A DNA stretch of 62,255 bases, the filler included, from Choristocarpus tenellus KU-1152 (Eukaryota > Protista > Phaeophyceae), in NCBI GenBank assembly GCA_964200185.2. It is 8 parts of 8 records of this genome, joined end to end, with 100 filler letters (N's around TTAATTAATTAA, not from the genome) between each part and the next. Parts side by side here need not be neighbours in the genome. Positions count along the whole stretch, not along the records: positions 45,969 to 53,563 come from CAXNAD020005906.1; positions 53,664 to 57,607 come from CAXNAD020017008.1; positions 57,708 to 62,255 come from CAXNAD020014052.1; 5 more parts are not named here. The stretch is one strand, 5' to 3'. Below the pieces are notes generated by a model. It saw only the letters and a list, made by a program, of their open reading frames with translations. It made no database searches and was not told the origin of the DNA. Of the stretch, positions 51,544 to 62,255 are shown one piece after another; the first letter of the stretch is position 1, and each line of letters starts with the position of its first letter. A program made the translations under genes and the position numbers.

Positions 51544-52040
51544 ATATACAAACGTTCATCCTACCTAGACCTTTTACAAACGTGATACAGGTATATATAT
51601 GTGTATGAGAGTACTATATTGCATGTTTTTTAGGAAGGTGTGCGTTGTAAGGTAGTTGTTATATTAGACCGTTGATGATGGAGATGTAGATTACGAGTCA
51701 AACCTCCATCCCTTCTGTTCCTTTTCATTAACAGAAGTATATGAATAACATCAGGTGGGGTATGACCATACATAATCGTAATTGGATCCATAGTTGGCCA
51801 CATGGCAAGAAATATTCTACATATCCATTGCAGTACTAATCCTCCATAGACACTCAGCAAACCACCAAACCCAATACAGCTTCATTAAGACATCATCTAT
51901 TTTTGTTTGAGAGTCGTCTTACGTATGCAGTTAGTACCCCTCTCCCGTGGCGCTCCAGGTCGCCACAGACGTTTTCACACAACATCTCTCTACCTTGAGA
52001 TTTAGAGAACGCACTCACCTCTCTGATTAGGTGCCCTGCA

Positions 52041-52761
52041 ATGCCTTTGCCTCCTGCAGCGTTGGATACTAAGGAGGAAGCACCTACGGCCGCATTAATC
52101 GAGCAGGATGGCGCCATAGTGGCCTCAAACTACGGTGCTGCAGGGCAGGAGCACGCCACCTCCGTCAGCGTTGCACTTACAGGCGGCGAGGAAGAGGATT
52201 ATTTTCTTTCTGATGCCTGGAAAACCAGCTTCGATCAGGAGAATGGGACAGGCACTGTCCGCATCTCGGCAACCACCCTTATCTATCTTTGCGCGGTGTG
52301 CTCTTCGCTCACCTCTGTGCTCCTGGGATACGGTGCGGTTAACAGTGATGCCACCGCCCACCCTCACTATTGACCTCCCCCAAGTTAACATGCAGAGTTG
52401 TAAGTGGTTCGCCGGACGCACTTAAGCGCGAGATCGAGCGTCGGTGGAAGTATGATCGAATGCGGGATCCCTACTGCCTGGGTGATAAGAGCAAATGTCC
52501 AGGATGATTCTGAGGACCACGTTTTACTGCCTGGAATTTGATTCGGAAGGGAACCATGCCTAACATGCTGGACTTTTAATGACTCCCCATACACATGCCT
52601 TCCGTTAAACCTGAATTTTTCCCCGTTATCATACTCAGATGTAGGAGTGATGTCCGCCGCTATTCTTGACATCGAGGAGGACATGGGGCTGACCTCAGTT
52701 CAGGCAGAGTTACTTGTGGGCTCCTTAAACATCGTGGCGGCATTTGGAGGGCTGATAGCAG
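52041..52761 (+). CDS. MFS sugar porter (polyol/monosaccharide transporter-like); first 2 exons only, rest cut by linker
   Basis: Exons 52041-52332 and 52639-52761 (phase 1). Spliced CAVCSSLTSVLLGYDVGVMSAAILDIEEDMGLTSVQAELLVGSLNIVAAFGGLIAG is the canonical TM1-TM2 signature. Confidence 0.88.
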
Positions 52762-53486
52762 GTATATCACAAGTGTTTCAATGCTTGGTGGCTTTGATAT
52801 GCCACATGGAAACTGCGACTGCCGCATCAGGGATAGTACCGAATGCTTTCGTTGAGAATGTGACATTTTTCATTGTGCAAGCCCTCATCTACTGTACGTG
52901 TGGCATGCACGAATTCTTGTTATGTAAACCAACCCCCTATATAGTAGAGCTCGAACAACCCTCAGTGGTTATGAGATCTGTATCACTCTCGGCTGTAGAA
53001 CCTTGTATGCAGTAAAAGAATGAACTTGATATCTGACATGAAGCGCCCACCAATTCTCAGGTATTGGGTAGTAGTGCGTACTTACCAGACGTTGAGCCAC
53101 CTAAGGGTGCAGTGCGTAGAGATCAGGCTTTTTTTCGCTTTCGCTGACTTGTATGTCTTCTTGATTCCTTTCCTGTGAGCACAGATGAATGATGTGGCAG
53201 TGTGATTCTTGGAAATAGGGACATATTGATTGCAGTTCCATTCGCATCATTTTCGTGCTGATCGCGGCTCTATGAATGAACACAGCGCCTTTGAATGATA
53301 CGGTGTGCGTTCTTTGAGTGGAAGTGAGCAAATAACTCGCTCATCAAAAATCATACTTGTAGTGCGATGTCCATGGGAATAACCACTCAATATCCATGTA
53401 TTTCCTTTGCCTGCTGTTATGTTCCTATCCCTTGCCTGCCCTACATCGCCTGCTGGGGATATCTTTTCTATTAGCCCAGTTTCCTT

Positions 53487-53526
<40 letters not shown>

Positions 53527-53663
53527 CCTTCTTGTCTCTCGTCTCCCCCTCCCCCCCCTCTATNNNNNNNNNNNNNNNNNNNNNNNNNNNNNNNNNNNNN
53601 NNNNNNNTTAATTAATTAANNNNNNNNNNNNNNNNNNNNNNNNNNNNNNNNNNNNNNNNNNNN

Positions 53664-53706
53664 CCCTGGTGTAGACCCCCTCCCCCCCGCCCAGATACGT
53701 TCGATC
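53664..53706. mobile_element. MITE family 2 end, degenerate, truncated at linker
   Basis: CCCTGGTGTAGACCCCC..CCCAGATAC. Confidence 0.7.
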
Positions 53707-54167
53707 TGTATGGGGTTTGGTATTGCAATTAAACTACTCTGACATAGCCGTTGACTAATGTATGAGACACAAAATAAATATAAAGAAATAAGCAATAAGA
53801 AGACACCCACGAGGTCACTCTTCCAATTTCATACACCCATTCTTTTTCACGTTCAGGAAAGAGGGTGTTGTGAGGCTACACACCTTCTTGTCTTAACTAC
53901 TGATCAAATTGCAATACTTTCGAAGGTTGTACATCCTTATATTGGGCACTCCGATTTCCGATTCTGGTTGCAACAAGGATTTCGTACTTTCTGCTCTTTC
54001 CCCTTCTTAAGTGTACATGATACTACTTCCAAAGTATCATTCCTCTCTCTCTCTCTTAACATCAGGCATGATGTCATCAAATATTTGAGGCAACTTATTT
54101 TCAGACTCATAATATGATGGTGCACATCATGTGATGACGTTTGGAATCGGATCACCATTTCGTCTAT

Positions 54168-54427
54168 GAGCCAAAGTATTTTAGAGGGTGGGAGCCACGT
54201 CCATTTGGGGCCCAAAATCCAATGTTGTGATTTTGATGAAATTTTTGTCATTGTGTTTGTTAGAAAATGCCAATATAGATGCTCTCAACACATCTTTTTA
54301 TAACGGATATACTTTACCGACTCCGAAACACTTTGGAGTAGGATTATGCCATAAACATTCCCATGAGAATCCAAGCCTCAAATGGACAAATAGGACAAAA
54401 CTCGTACCCTCTAAGATAATGGCACTA
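54168..54427 (-). mobile_element. MITE family 1, copy E
   Basis: Aligns along its length to the other copies; one terminus degenerate; flanked by TAT/TAT. Confidence 0.88.
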
Positions 54428-56254
54428 TATGTCTGTCTACGTCTACTATTCATACTTGCAGAACAGACATGTGACAGTGTGACTTCCCAGTCCAATCAAC
54501 CAATCGATCAAGCGCTGCGTCAGTTTTATGGTCTCTCCTCCAATCGAGAATAGAAAAGCAAATCTCTGACTTTCTTTTTTTCTAGGTAACGTTTTTCGTT
54601 TCGTGAATTTTGGTCAAACCACTACACTTCAATGTTTTCTTCGGATTGATTTCTCCCATCTCCTCTTCTCCTGTCGTACATACCTCGAACTCTACGCAGT
54701 TCCCTTCTTCAATGCAAACAACAGCCCACGCGTCCCTCATCGCCGAATAGATAGGTACAGAGTGGTCGCTGAGAGTGCTCCTTACGAACAAGAAGACCCA
54801 ATAGTGCCACTGCATATTGATGCAGTGATTACGACCTCGAATGGGTCGAGCTGTCATTACTGCTTGCCACCTGTGGCTTGGTGTTTCTGTAAGGAAGTTG
54901 TATTTGTAAAGCGTGCATGATGCACGTCAAGAAGCTTGATTCCGTCCCAAATCAAGCCACACCTCGATTTCTGCTCTACCGTTTTGAGCAGTGTTGCCTC
55001 TCCTCTGCTACTACTACATACTGCCAGAGTTCACTTTCTTACCTCCCCCCCCTCCATCCTCAAGAATATACTCTGGATCTAACGTAAGGAGGGCTACACC
55101 ACAGCCATCACTCTCGCAGCGGCGATACCGAGTTCGGCACGTTTCCTTGGGAATCAAGCATTATGAGAACGCCAGTCAAGGTCGTAATCTCTCTTTCGCC
55201 GTGTCCAAGGGGGCCAAGATGTGGAGGTTACTTCGTCCACAAAAGCCAAGAGAAGCCACGATCACAATACAAGGCTTAACTTCACACCCTCTTCTTCTGC
55301 AAGAGGCGTGGGAATTCATGTAGCCTGGTGGTTTTATGACGGAAACCGTTATCTTGTGGTTGCCAAGTAATCTTGCCAGCATGACTGATGACATACCTTC
55401 CACCTGCCCTCACGAAGTGGTTCGATCGACTTCTTCAAGATTCCATGAGGAGTACAACCTCCACGGATGTTCTGTGCACCTGGAAGGAGATGAAGAGACT
55501 TCATCAGAGAACAGAGTTGGACATAGTTGCCGCCACAATCATCATGGTTCTCACACCGTTCATGCCGGTGGCAGGACTGTGTCGTCATGTGGGTTCAAGA
55601 CGGCGCCCGAGGTTGCACCCTGGCAACCCTCGTGTGCAGCAACAACCACATTGATCAAACGAACAAGTAGGAGAGGTGAGTTAACCAACACCAAAGTGAC
55701 TTGGTCCCAATCCACTGCTGCTGTGACTCTCTGACTTGGCAGAGGTTGGTTCAAGCCTTTGGCAAGAACAGTTCAAATTTCAAGTGTCAAATATGTCGTA
55801 TTGTCAAATTTAGAATTTGGGATTTGGAATTTGGAACTTAGGATTGGAAGCCGTGGGGATATGTCTAAGGACAAAATCTGTCCCTACTTTTGATTTTGAT
55901 GCTGCAAGCAATACCCCATCCACATTGCCTGCCTTCCTCCACAGGGAGGGCCATGGTTGTTGTGTTGCTAAGGGTGCAGACCTCTAGGTCACACCATATC
56001 ACTTCATTCTACACCTTATGCAATACATATAGCACTACTTTGAAGTGAGTTCTTTCACTCCAACACACAATCATTTCTTCCTCCCTATACATGTTTACCT
56101 CATCCTCAGGATCAGATTGAGATGGCAAGTACTGCATACTCTGAGCTGGAGTCAAGGGTGTGGAGGCAGCTTTCTCTTGCGCAGGATGTACCATTGACAA
56201 GAACGGCAGACCCTTCTCCGGTACTTCAGCCACAAAACACTACGATTGAGGTAT

Positions 56255-56491
56255 GAGTGAAAGTATCTTAGAGGGTATGTGTCTTGCCCTCTTTGTCCGT
56301 TAGGGGCTTGGCTTCCCATGTACTCTGAAATGTTTCGGAATAGGTAAAATGTATACCTTATTAAAGGCTGTGTCCGAAACAAGGATATTGACACCTCCTA
56401 AATATACAACCACAAAAATTACATCATAATCGCAAAATCTGACGTTGACCCCAAAATGGACGCGGCTCTACCCTCTAAGATGCTTTGACTC
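56255..56491 (+). mobile_element. MITE family 1, copy F (internal deletion of about 20 bp)
   Basis: Both termini present; no recognisable TSD. Confidence 0.88.
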
Positions 56492-57494
56492 CGTGTAAGA
56501 TCAGGGCTTGGCCCTATTTTTCAAGCAACTATGTTTTCCTTGACTCCTGTCATAATATCCCCCATGATGTTTGTGTGATCTGTACTTTTTTAGTGTGTTT
56601 GTGTTTTCTTCCCTTTGTACTAGCCGTTGATAGCTGTAAATCCCACTCGCTAGAGACTACCACCGCACCCTTCCAGCACAGCACCCACGGTGCTAACCAA
56701 GAACTACCCGTCAAAATGTCAAAAAGGTCAAAAGGCCATGTATGTGGGCAATTTGTCCTGCAATGAGCCTTGCACAAGGTGAGTCTGGGTCTTCCTCGCT
56801 CCTCCTTCCCCTGGCATCACATGAAAAGAGCAACATATTCTGTTCTCTCCACCCTCATCACCAGTGGCAGAGAGAGGCAACGGGGAAAGCTTCAGTACAG
56901 AGCCAAAGCCATGGACTTATGATTTCGCCATCCACATCACCAGAGGTGGAGAGTGGCAGTACTGTTGAACAACAAAAGCGTAGGGCATTCACATTAGCAC
57001 GTTCGTCAGCATCACCTAGTCAAAAGGTGTTTATCTCACCACCACCATCACCAGAGGTGGAGAGAGACGACGGCGTCGCAGCATCATCACAAAGGGACGG
57101 GATTTCACCCCACGAATTCCTGGAGTTAAGAGCCTCCTCGCTACTGAGCCACGAGGATGCACCCATGGAAATTTTTTGGTTCTCATGCCGTCGTGTATGT
57201 GTATGTATATATGTACTTATATGTGTGTGTCTTGTACACCATGTATGTTCCTACTTGCGTGTTTCGTTCACAGCAGGATGTTATGCACATAACTTCCTAC
57301 GAAACCAATAATTGTCAGTGTGAAGGATATTTGTCGCATTCACGAAAATAAATTGAAGTATGGTACACATCATTCACTTTAATTCCCTCTTGCTGATTGT
57401 CATTTCCATTGTTTTTTACTTTAGTTTGCCCTGCTACTAAATTATTTCATTTCCAGTTTGACCTTCCGTGATCACATTTTCTTCCCCTCATTTG

Positions 57495-57531
57495 CACCAC
57501 CACTACCACTACCACTACCACTACCACTACA
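57495..57531. repeat. (CCACTA)n microsatellite
   Basis: About five consecutive units visible. Confidence 0.9.
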
Positions 57532-58083
57532 TTTTTTTCCAGGTCCTTGATGATACTGCTGTTGAGAACTCTTATTCCACAGGGGGGGGGGTATTTTGAC
57601 CCTCGTTNNNNNNNNNNNNNNNNNNNNNNNNNNNNNNNNNNNNNNNNNNNNTTAATTAATTAANNNNNNNNNNNNNNNNNNNNNNNNNNNNNNNNNNNNN
57701 NNNNNNNCCAACAACATCAAACACAGAGAACTCTTGAGAATTCTCAGACTTTCCACCATTAACGATCACTAAGACATGACGTTATTTAGCTGGGATCCTC
57801 CTCAAACTTCTCTTAAGATTTGATGGTCGAGAGAACTCGGGGAAGCACCCCACCATGACACAATTGGTGATTCTAAACACCCCCCACCCACGACTGATTG
57901 GACCCTGCCTAACACAGATAGAGGAATAGGAAAATAGGAATGAGCAAATAATAATAATAATCCAGAATTCGTGAGCAAAACAAAGTGGGTTGTTGACTAA
58001 GTTTAGACCAGATACGCCTTAAAAAGGTACCCCCCAAGATATTGAGGAACAACCAACAACCAGTTCAGACACAATACATATAC

Positions 58084-59548
58084 ATGAAGTGGGTTTCTAC
58101 CGTAACCTGCATCTTGCTCAATCTTTCCAGCACAAACGCATTCACCTATACGCTCTCGCCCTTTAAGTGCCAGATTCGTGCCACAGATTTAGCGATGAGC
58201 CAAGCAATACCCTCCAAAATATTGTCCACAGGGGCAAAGCTACCTGTAGTTGGACTTGGGACTTGGTTGGCCACGGATGGAGCTGTAGGGCCCGCAGTTA
58301 AGGTATGCAAGCTTATGCAACCTGTGCTACAACGCTTCCTCTACCAGTGTCTATGATATTTTGTTAACATGAGCTCCTGGTGATTACCGTTGTGTGGCAT
58401 CTATACATGTTTAGATACCTTATTTGGGGTCAAATCTATCTACGACATTATTTCACCATTGCACCGATAGTAAGGAAACCGTTCTTCTGCCCAAGGAGAA
58501 TAGTAGGAACACCAGGCGTCCTGGATTCTTCTCAGAGCTAGGGGGTATATCTGTGTTGAGTTGTGATTATAGTTCCCATTCAACAAGACTTGAAGTTCGT
58601 AGGGGTATGTACGATTCGGAGAGGATCAACATGCACAAACGCGATATAACAGAATTCTTATCGCTTACCGTCCTCCAGGAGGCCCTCAGGGCAGGCTATC
58701 GTCACATCGACTGCGCATCCAACTACTTCAATGAGCACGAAGTCGGACAAGCTTTGGCAGAGAGCATCCAGGAGGGGGTGGTGAAGAGGGAGGACGTATT
58801 CATCACCAGCAAGCTCAATAATCCCTACCACAGACGGGAGCATGTGCGACCCCACTTGCTAAAGACGCTAAAGGATCTCGGGGTCGACAGCCTTGATCTA
58901 TGGCTTATGCACTGGCCAATTGCCTTTAAGCATGTGCCGTTCGATGTGGACAAAACTGGCGAGGATGCGTACCTTCCTGGAAACCCCGATGATTCGGGAG
59001 ATGGGGCCAACATCGACCGTGGAGTGTCTATCCGCGAGACTTGGGAAGCAATGGAAGCGTGCTACGATGAGGGCCTAGTCAAGGCCATTGGGGTTGCCAA
59101 CTTCAACTTTGGGCTTCTCTATGATATTCTCAGCTACGCCAGAGTGAAGCCTGCCGTTAACCAGGTGGAAAGTCACCCATACCTTCAGCAGAATGGCCTG
59201 CTTAGTTGGCAGGAGAAAGAGGGCATCGTTTTTGAGGGGTACTCACCCCTCGGCTCGGGAGGATTTGTTGAAGACAGTGAGCCACGCGTTCTGGATGACC
59301 CTGTTCTCAAGCGAATTGGTGACAAGCATGGTCGATCCCCAGCAGCTGTTTGCATCCGTTGGGCTGTCCAGCGGGGAACTGTTACACTCCCGAAAAGTGT
59401 CACGCCATCAAGGATTGTGGAGAACCTTGCTTCAGTACACGAGTGGGAGCTAGATGAGGTCGATATGGACGATATTAGAGCGCTGGATCGAAACTACCAT
59501 TACCTCCGCCCTATTGATTGGTATGGTGTGCCGCTGTTCACCCCTTGA
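58084..59548 (+). CDS. aldo-keto reductase (AKR1/4-like) with probable bipartite plastid-targeting presequence, about 362 aa, 2 exons
   Basis: Exons 58084-58302 and 58679-59548 (phase 0). LPVVGLGTW, GYRHIDCASNY, FITSKL, LMHWP (D-Y-K-H tetrad), NQVESHPY, YSPLG and LPKSVTPSRI. Confidence 0.93.
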
Positions 59549-59666
59549 CCTCCCAGCAGGCTTTCTTAGCTCAAGTGTGTTAAGACAGTTAGCAACTCTT
59601 GTGAGCAGCACTGGTTGTAATAGTTGTTACACAACAAACATTGAAATGTTAAAGGTCAAGTGCGTG

Positions 59667-60030
59667 GAAATGCTTGCTACTTGGTGACAGTATTTTGAAA
59701 TATCTTCTTGCTACTGTTGTAAAACAGTTCATGAATGGAAAATAGGATGACCACAAGATGGCTCCTTAAATTTTCGTTGTACCCCTTTCTCTCACGTGCT
59801 TGGGTTGGAATGGAAATTGAATTCCTTTGGTAATATTTTTCAAGCATCAAAAATTCAAGACCGAGTCAGAGTTTATGCCAAATCTTGCGACTTGATGGCA
59901 CTCTTTTGTAACACTTTCTTGCTACTATTGCATAGCATTTCATGAATGGTTGTAAGATGATCCCTCAAATTTGTTGTGTACCCCTTTGTCCCACATGCCT
60001 GTGCTGGAAAGGGAATTTTGTTCTTTTGTC
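59667..60030. repeat. diverged tandem duplication, unit about 210 bp
   Basis: TTCTTGCTACT.TTG...TTCATGAATGG...AAGATG...TGTACCCCTTT...TGGAA.GG recurs near 59705 and 59916. Confidence 0.75.
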
Positions 60031-61424
60031 CATACGCTGGACCCATTAAACCAACCTACAACATAACTCTGTTCATGGAATTAGATACGTTTTTATGTTG
60101 CATGCACGCAAATTAAATTATATATATGTACCATAGCCGTTGCACACGTACCAAGTACTAGGTAAGCCATTCTGATGAAGCCCATGTCATTTGAAAACAT
60201 GGATTGCTGCGCACGATATAATATTATGTCAACGCATTTTTGTGCTCCAAGTAACTGGGTGTAGCATTTTGGTACACTGTGCTCCCCTTCTTTCCTGTAC
60301 AAATCTATGCTTTTTTCTATGGTTGCTCGAGGATAAGGAGAACACAACAGTGCATGTCATGGTTTACAACAGCTCAACAATCATTCATCTCTTTTTGATA
60401 GTGTAATTCTTGGTATGTTGCTGGTAGCCCCTTTGAAACGGTGACGACTTTAATGTAGTGAGGTTGGGCAGTAGTAGAGCTGTCTGAATGACCATTGTGA
60501 TCATGTTTGATTCCCTCAGGTCAATCAAACAGGTTGGTGTTGCTGGTAGAAGCGTCTCAAATCAAGGGTCTTGTTTTGTCTGTTAGCATCTTTGTTACCA
60601 CCCTCGTGATCTTTGTGAGGTTAGCACCTCATGCCAAAATGGTTTCTTAGTGTAACTCTGTTGCCTTCACTTCCCACAAATGCGTTAGGCCAGCTCCAAC
60701 TAACATTACTGTCATTGAAATACTTAGGAGTATATATTATCTGTGGTGCATTACAAATATGCCAGAACCTGTTTATCGGTATTTTGGGCATACCTTACAC
60801 TGTCAACATGATCTTCGTACCATCTTGCCGACCCACGACTTTGTAGTCGTCAGAAGCCAGGGACTTCCCAGATGTAGCTAGCTGTCCCCCCCAAAAGGAA
60901 CCCTCTTTATTTCACTGTGGAGTGCTTCACATTGTAATTAACTTGGATCATGATTCTCACAACGAAATGGTGGAAGAAAATGATATTGTTACTCATACGA
61001 AGATGCCTGCAACCAAAAGCAGTAAACTTGAGCCCTGGAGAAAGTGATGATCCCATACAGCTGATGAGCAATTCGCTTTATATTTATGAAGTGCTGGAGT
61101 GCGGGGGACAAGAGCTACACTTTAGATACCGACAACAATATCCTCAAACGACTCACTTGTGGGTGGAGTCAATTGGAAATGACACATGGCATTTACATGT
61201 ACCAAAACCACAACTCTCTTCTCTCTACTGCATTAGATAGTCAGAGTGGATGTTTTGCTTTTCCATTACTGGGAGGGTAAGAAGGACAACCGCTAACATG
61301 ATCAATTCGTCGCCCCTCTCTACCGAGAGCATCAACATCCTCCACAGCTCTATGCGTAAGGCTGAAACAACCTTCAATTCAGGGGTGTTGTTGCCTTGAC
61401 TTGCATTTGAGATGAACTCCATTG

Positions 61425-61683
61425 GAGTGAAAGTATCTTAGAGGGTACAAATTTTGTCCTGTTTGTCCATGTGGGGCTTGGCTTCCCACGGGTTTTTATT
61501 GACATTTTTTATCTACTCCAAAATGTTTCGGAGTAGGTAAAATGTATACATCATGAAAAGGAGTGTCCAGACAAGGCTATTGAAATCTCCTAACAATTAT
61601 ATAGTCAAAATTACATCAAAACTACATCATCGGATTTTGGTCCCCAAATGGACGCGACTGTACCCTCTAAGATACTTTGGCTC
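61425..61683 (+). mobile_element. MITE family 1, copy G
   Basis: Full termini; flanked by ATTG/ATTG. Confidence 0.9.
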
Positions 61684-62210
61684 ATTGGCCAGTACAGAAT
61701 GTACAGGGGGGAGGGGAAAGATGGCCACGCATATTATATGGAAGGAGTTGAATTAATGGAGGTGATAAGCATATATTTCTACTCAAGTGTAGCAATCAAA
61801 ATCCAATAACCCTATATATCCGGAAGGAACCTTTTCATGTTGAGTCCAACGCTCGAAATATTGGCCAAACCTTAGCCTTAATACATCTTGCTCAATTAAG
61901 ATAAAGAATCGACCCCACCCTGAACACTGGGCTGCTGACAACTATGGGTGACCTAGCCACGAACGAAATTGCTAGTTACAAGATTACAACAGCTTCCCTT
62001 TTTCCCAATGATGGTAATGATCTACCACCTTTCTGGGCACAAGTTGATTCACATGGGCTCCCCATGGACTAAGTTAACATTGGTAGTGGTGTGGCCAATA
62101 TCCCCTGGCAACACATGACACCATCCATTCTATTTCACATTCTGGCAATCCCCACCCCAGCTGTGACCTCTTTGCAGGCTCCACGCTCAGTTGCAACCTG
62201 ATTCCTTTCA

Positions 62211-62255
62211 GACCCAAAGTATCTGGGAGGGGGGGGGGGTCTACACCAGGGTGTC
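62211..62255. mobile_element. MITE family 2 end, running off the window
   Basis: GACCCAAAGTATCTGGGAGGGGGGGGGGGTCTACACCAGGGTGTC. Confidence 0.85.

Noticed and set aside
46400-51900. Short ORFs in the AT-rich contig
   Set aside because: None has identifiable homology or a credible splice chain.
54600-57600. Exon-like segments on both strands (e.g. + 54700-54754, 55064-55227, 56864-57195; - 56239-56099)
   Set aside because: Good individual splice sites, but I could not build a stop-free model or assign a strand; needs RNA-seq.
58424-58678. 85-aa N-terminal extension of the 374-aa AKR ORF
   Set aside because: Open frame within the intron; the true N-terminus with GLGTW is in the upstream exon.

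Overview
Eukaryotic, intron-rich genomic DNA, most consistent with a photosynthetic stramenopile (brown alga or close relative). This is an inference from GT/GC-AG introns, signal-plus-transit-type N-termini, an MGDG synthase and brown-algal-type non-LTR remnants. The window is eight contigs joined by seven artificial 100-nt linkers (N44-TTAATTAATTAA-N44), so adjacency across linkers is not biological and four genes are cut off at them. I reconstructed nine spliced genes by hand: an RRM/RS-rich protein, an MgtC/SapB-family membrane protein, a ZFAND1-like AN1 zinc finger, an MGDG synthase (partial), a GOLD-domain protein, an SLC35F6-like transporter (partial), an SMYD-like SET/MYND protein (partial), an MFS sugar porter (partial) and an aldo-keto reductase. 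Mobile DNA includes a decayed DD40D mariner-like transposase, RT and RLE-type non-LTR fragments, a probable Helitron 3' end and two MITE families. The most notable patterns are (i) two MITE families sharing the same bipartite end code with 3-4 bp target duplications, (ii) strong CpG-decay polymorphism in the repeats, (iii) an intronised, presequence-bearing MgtC with a long non-bacterial tail, and (iv) 2-3 GC-AG introns. No prokaryote-style system (CRISPR, Fanzor/TnpB) could be supported from the sequence.
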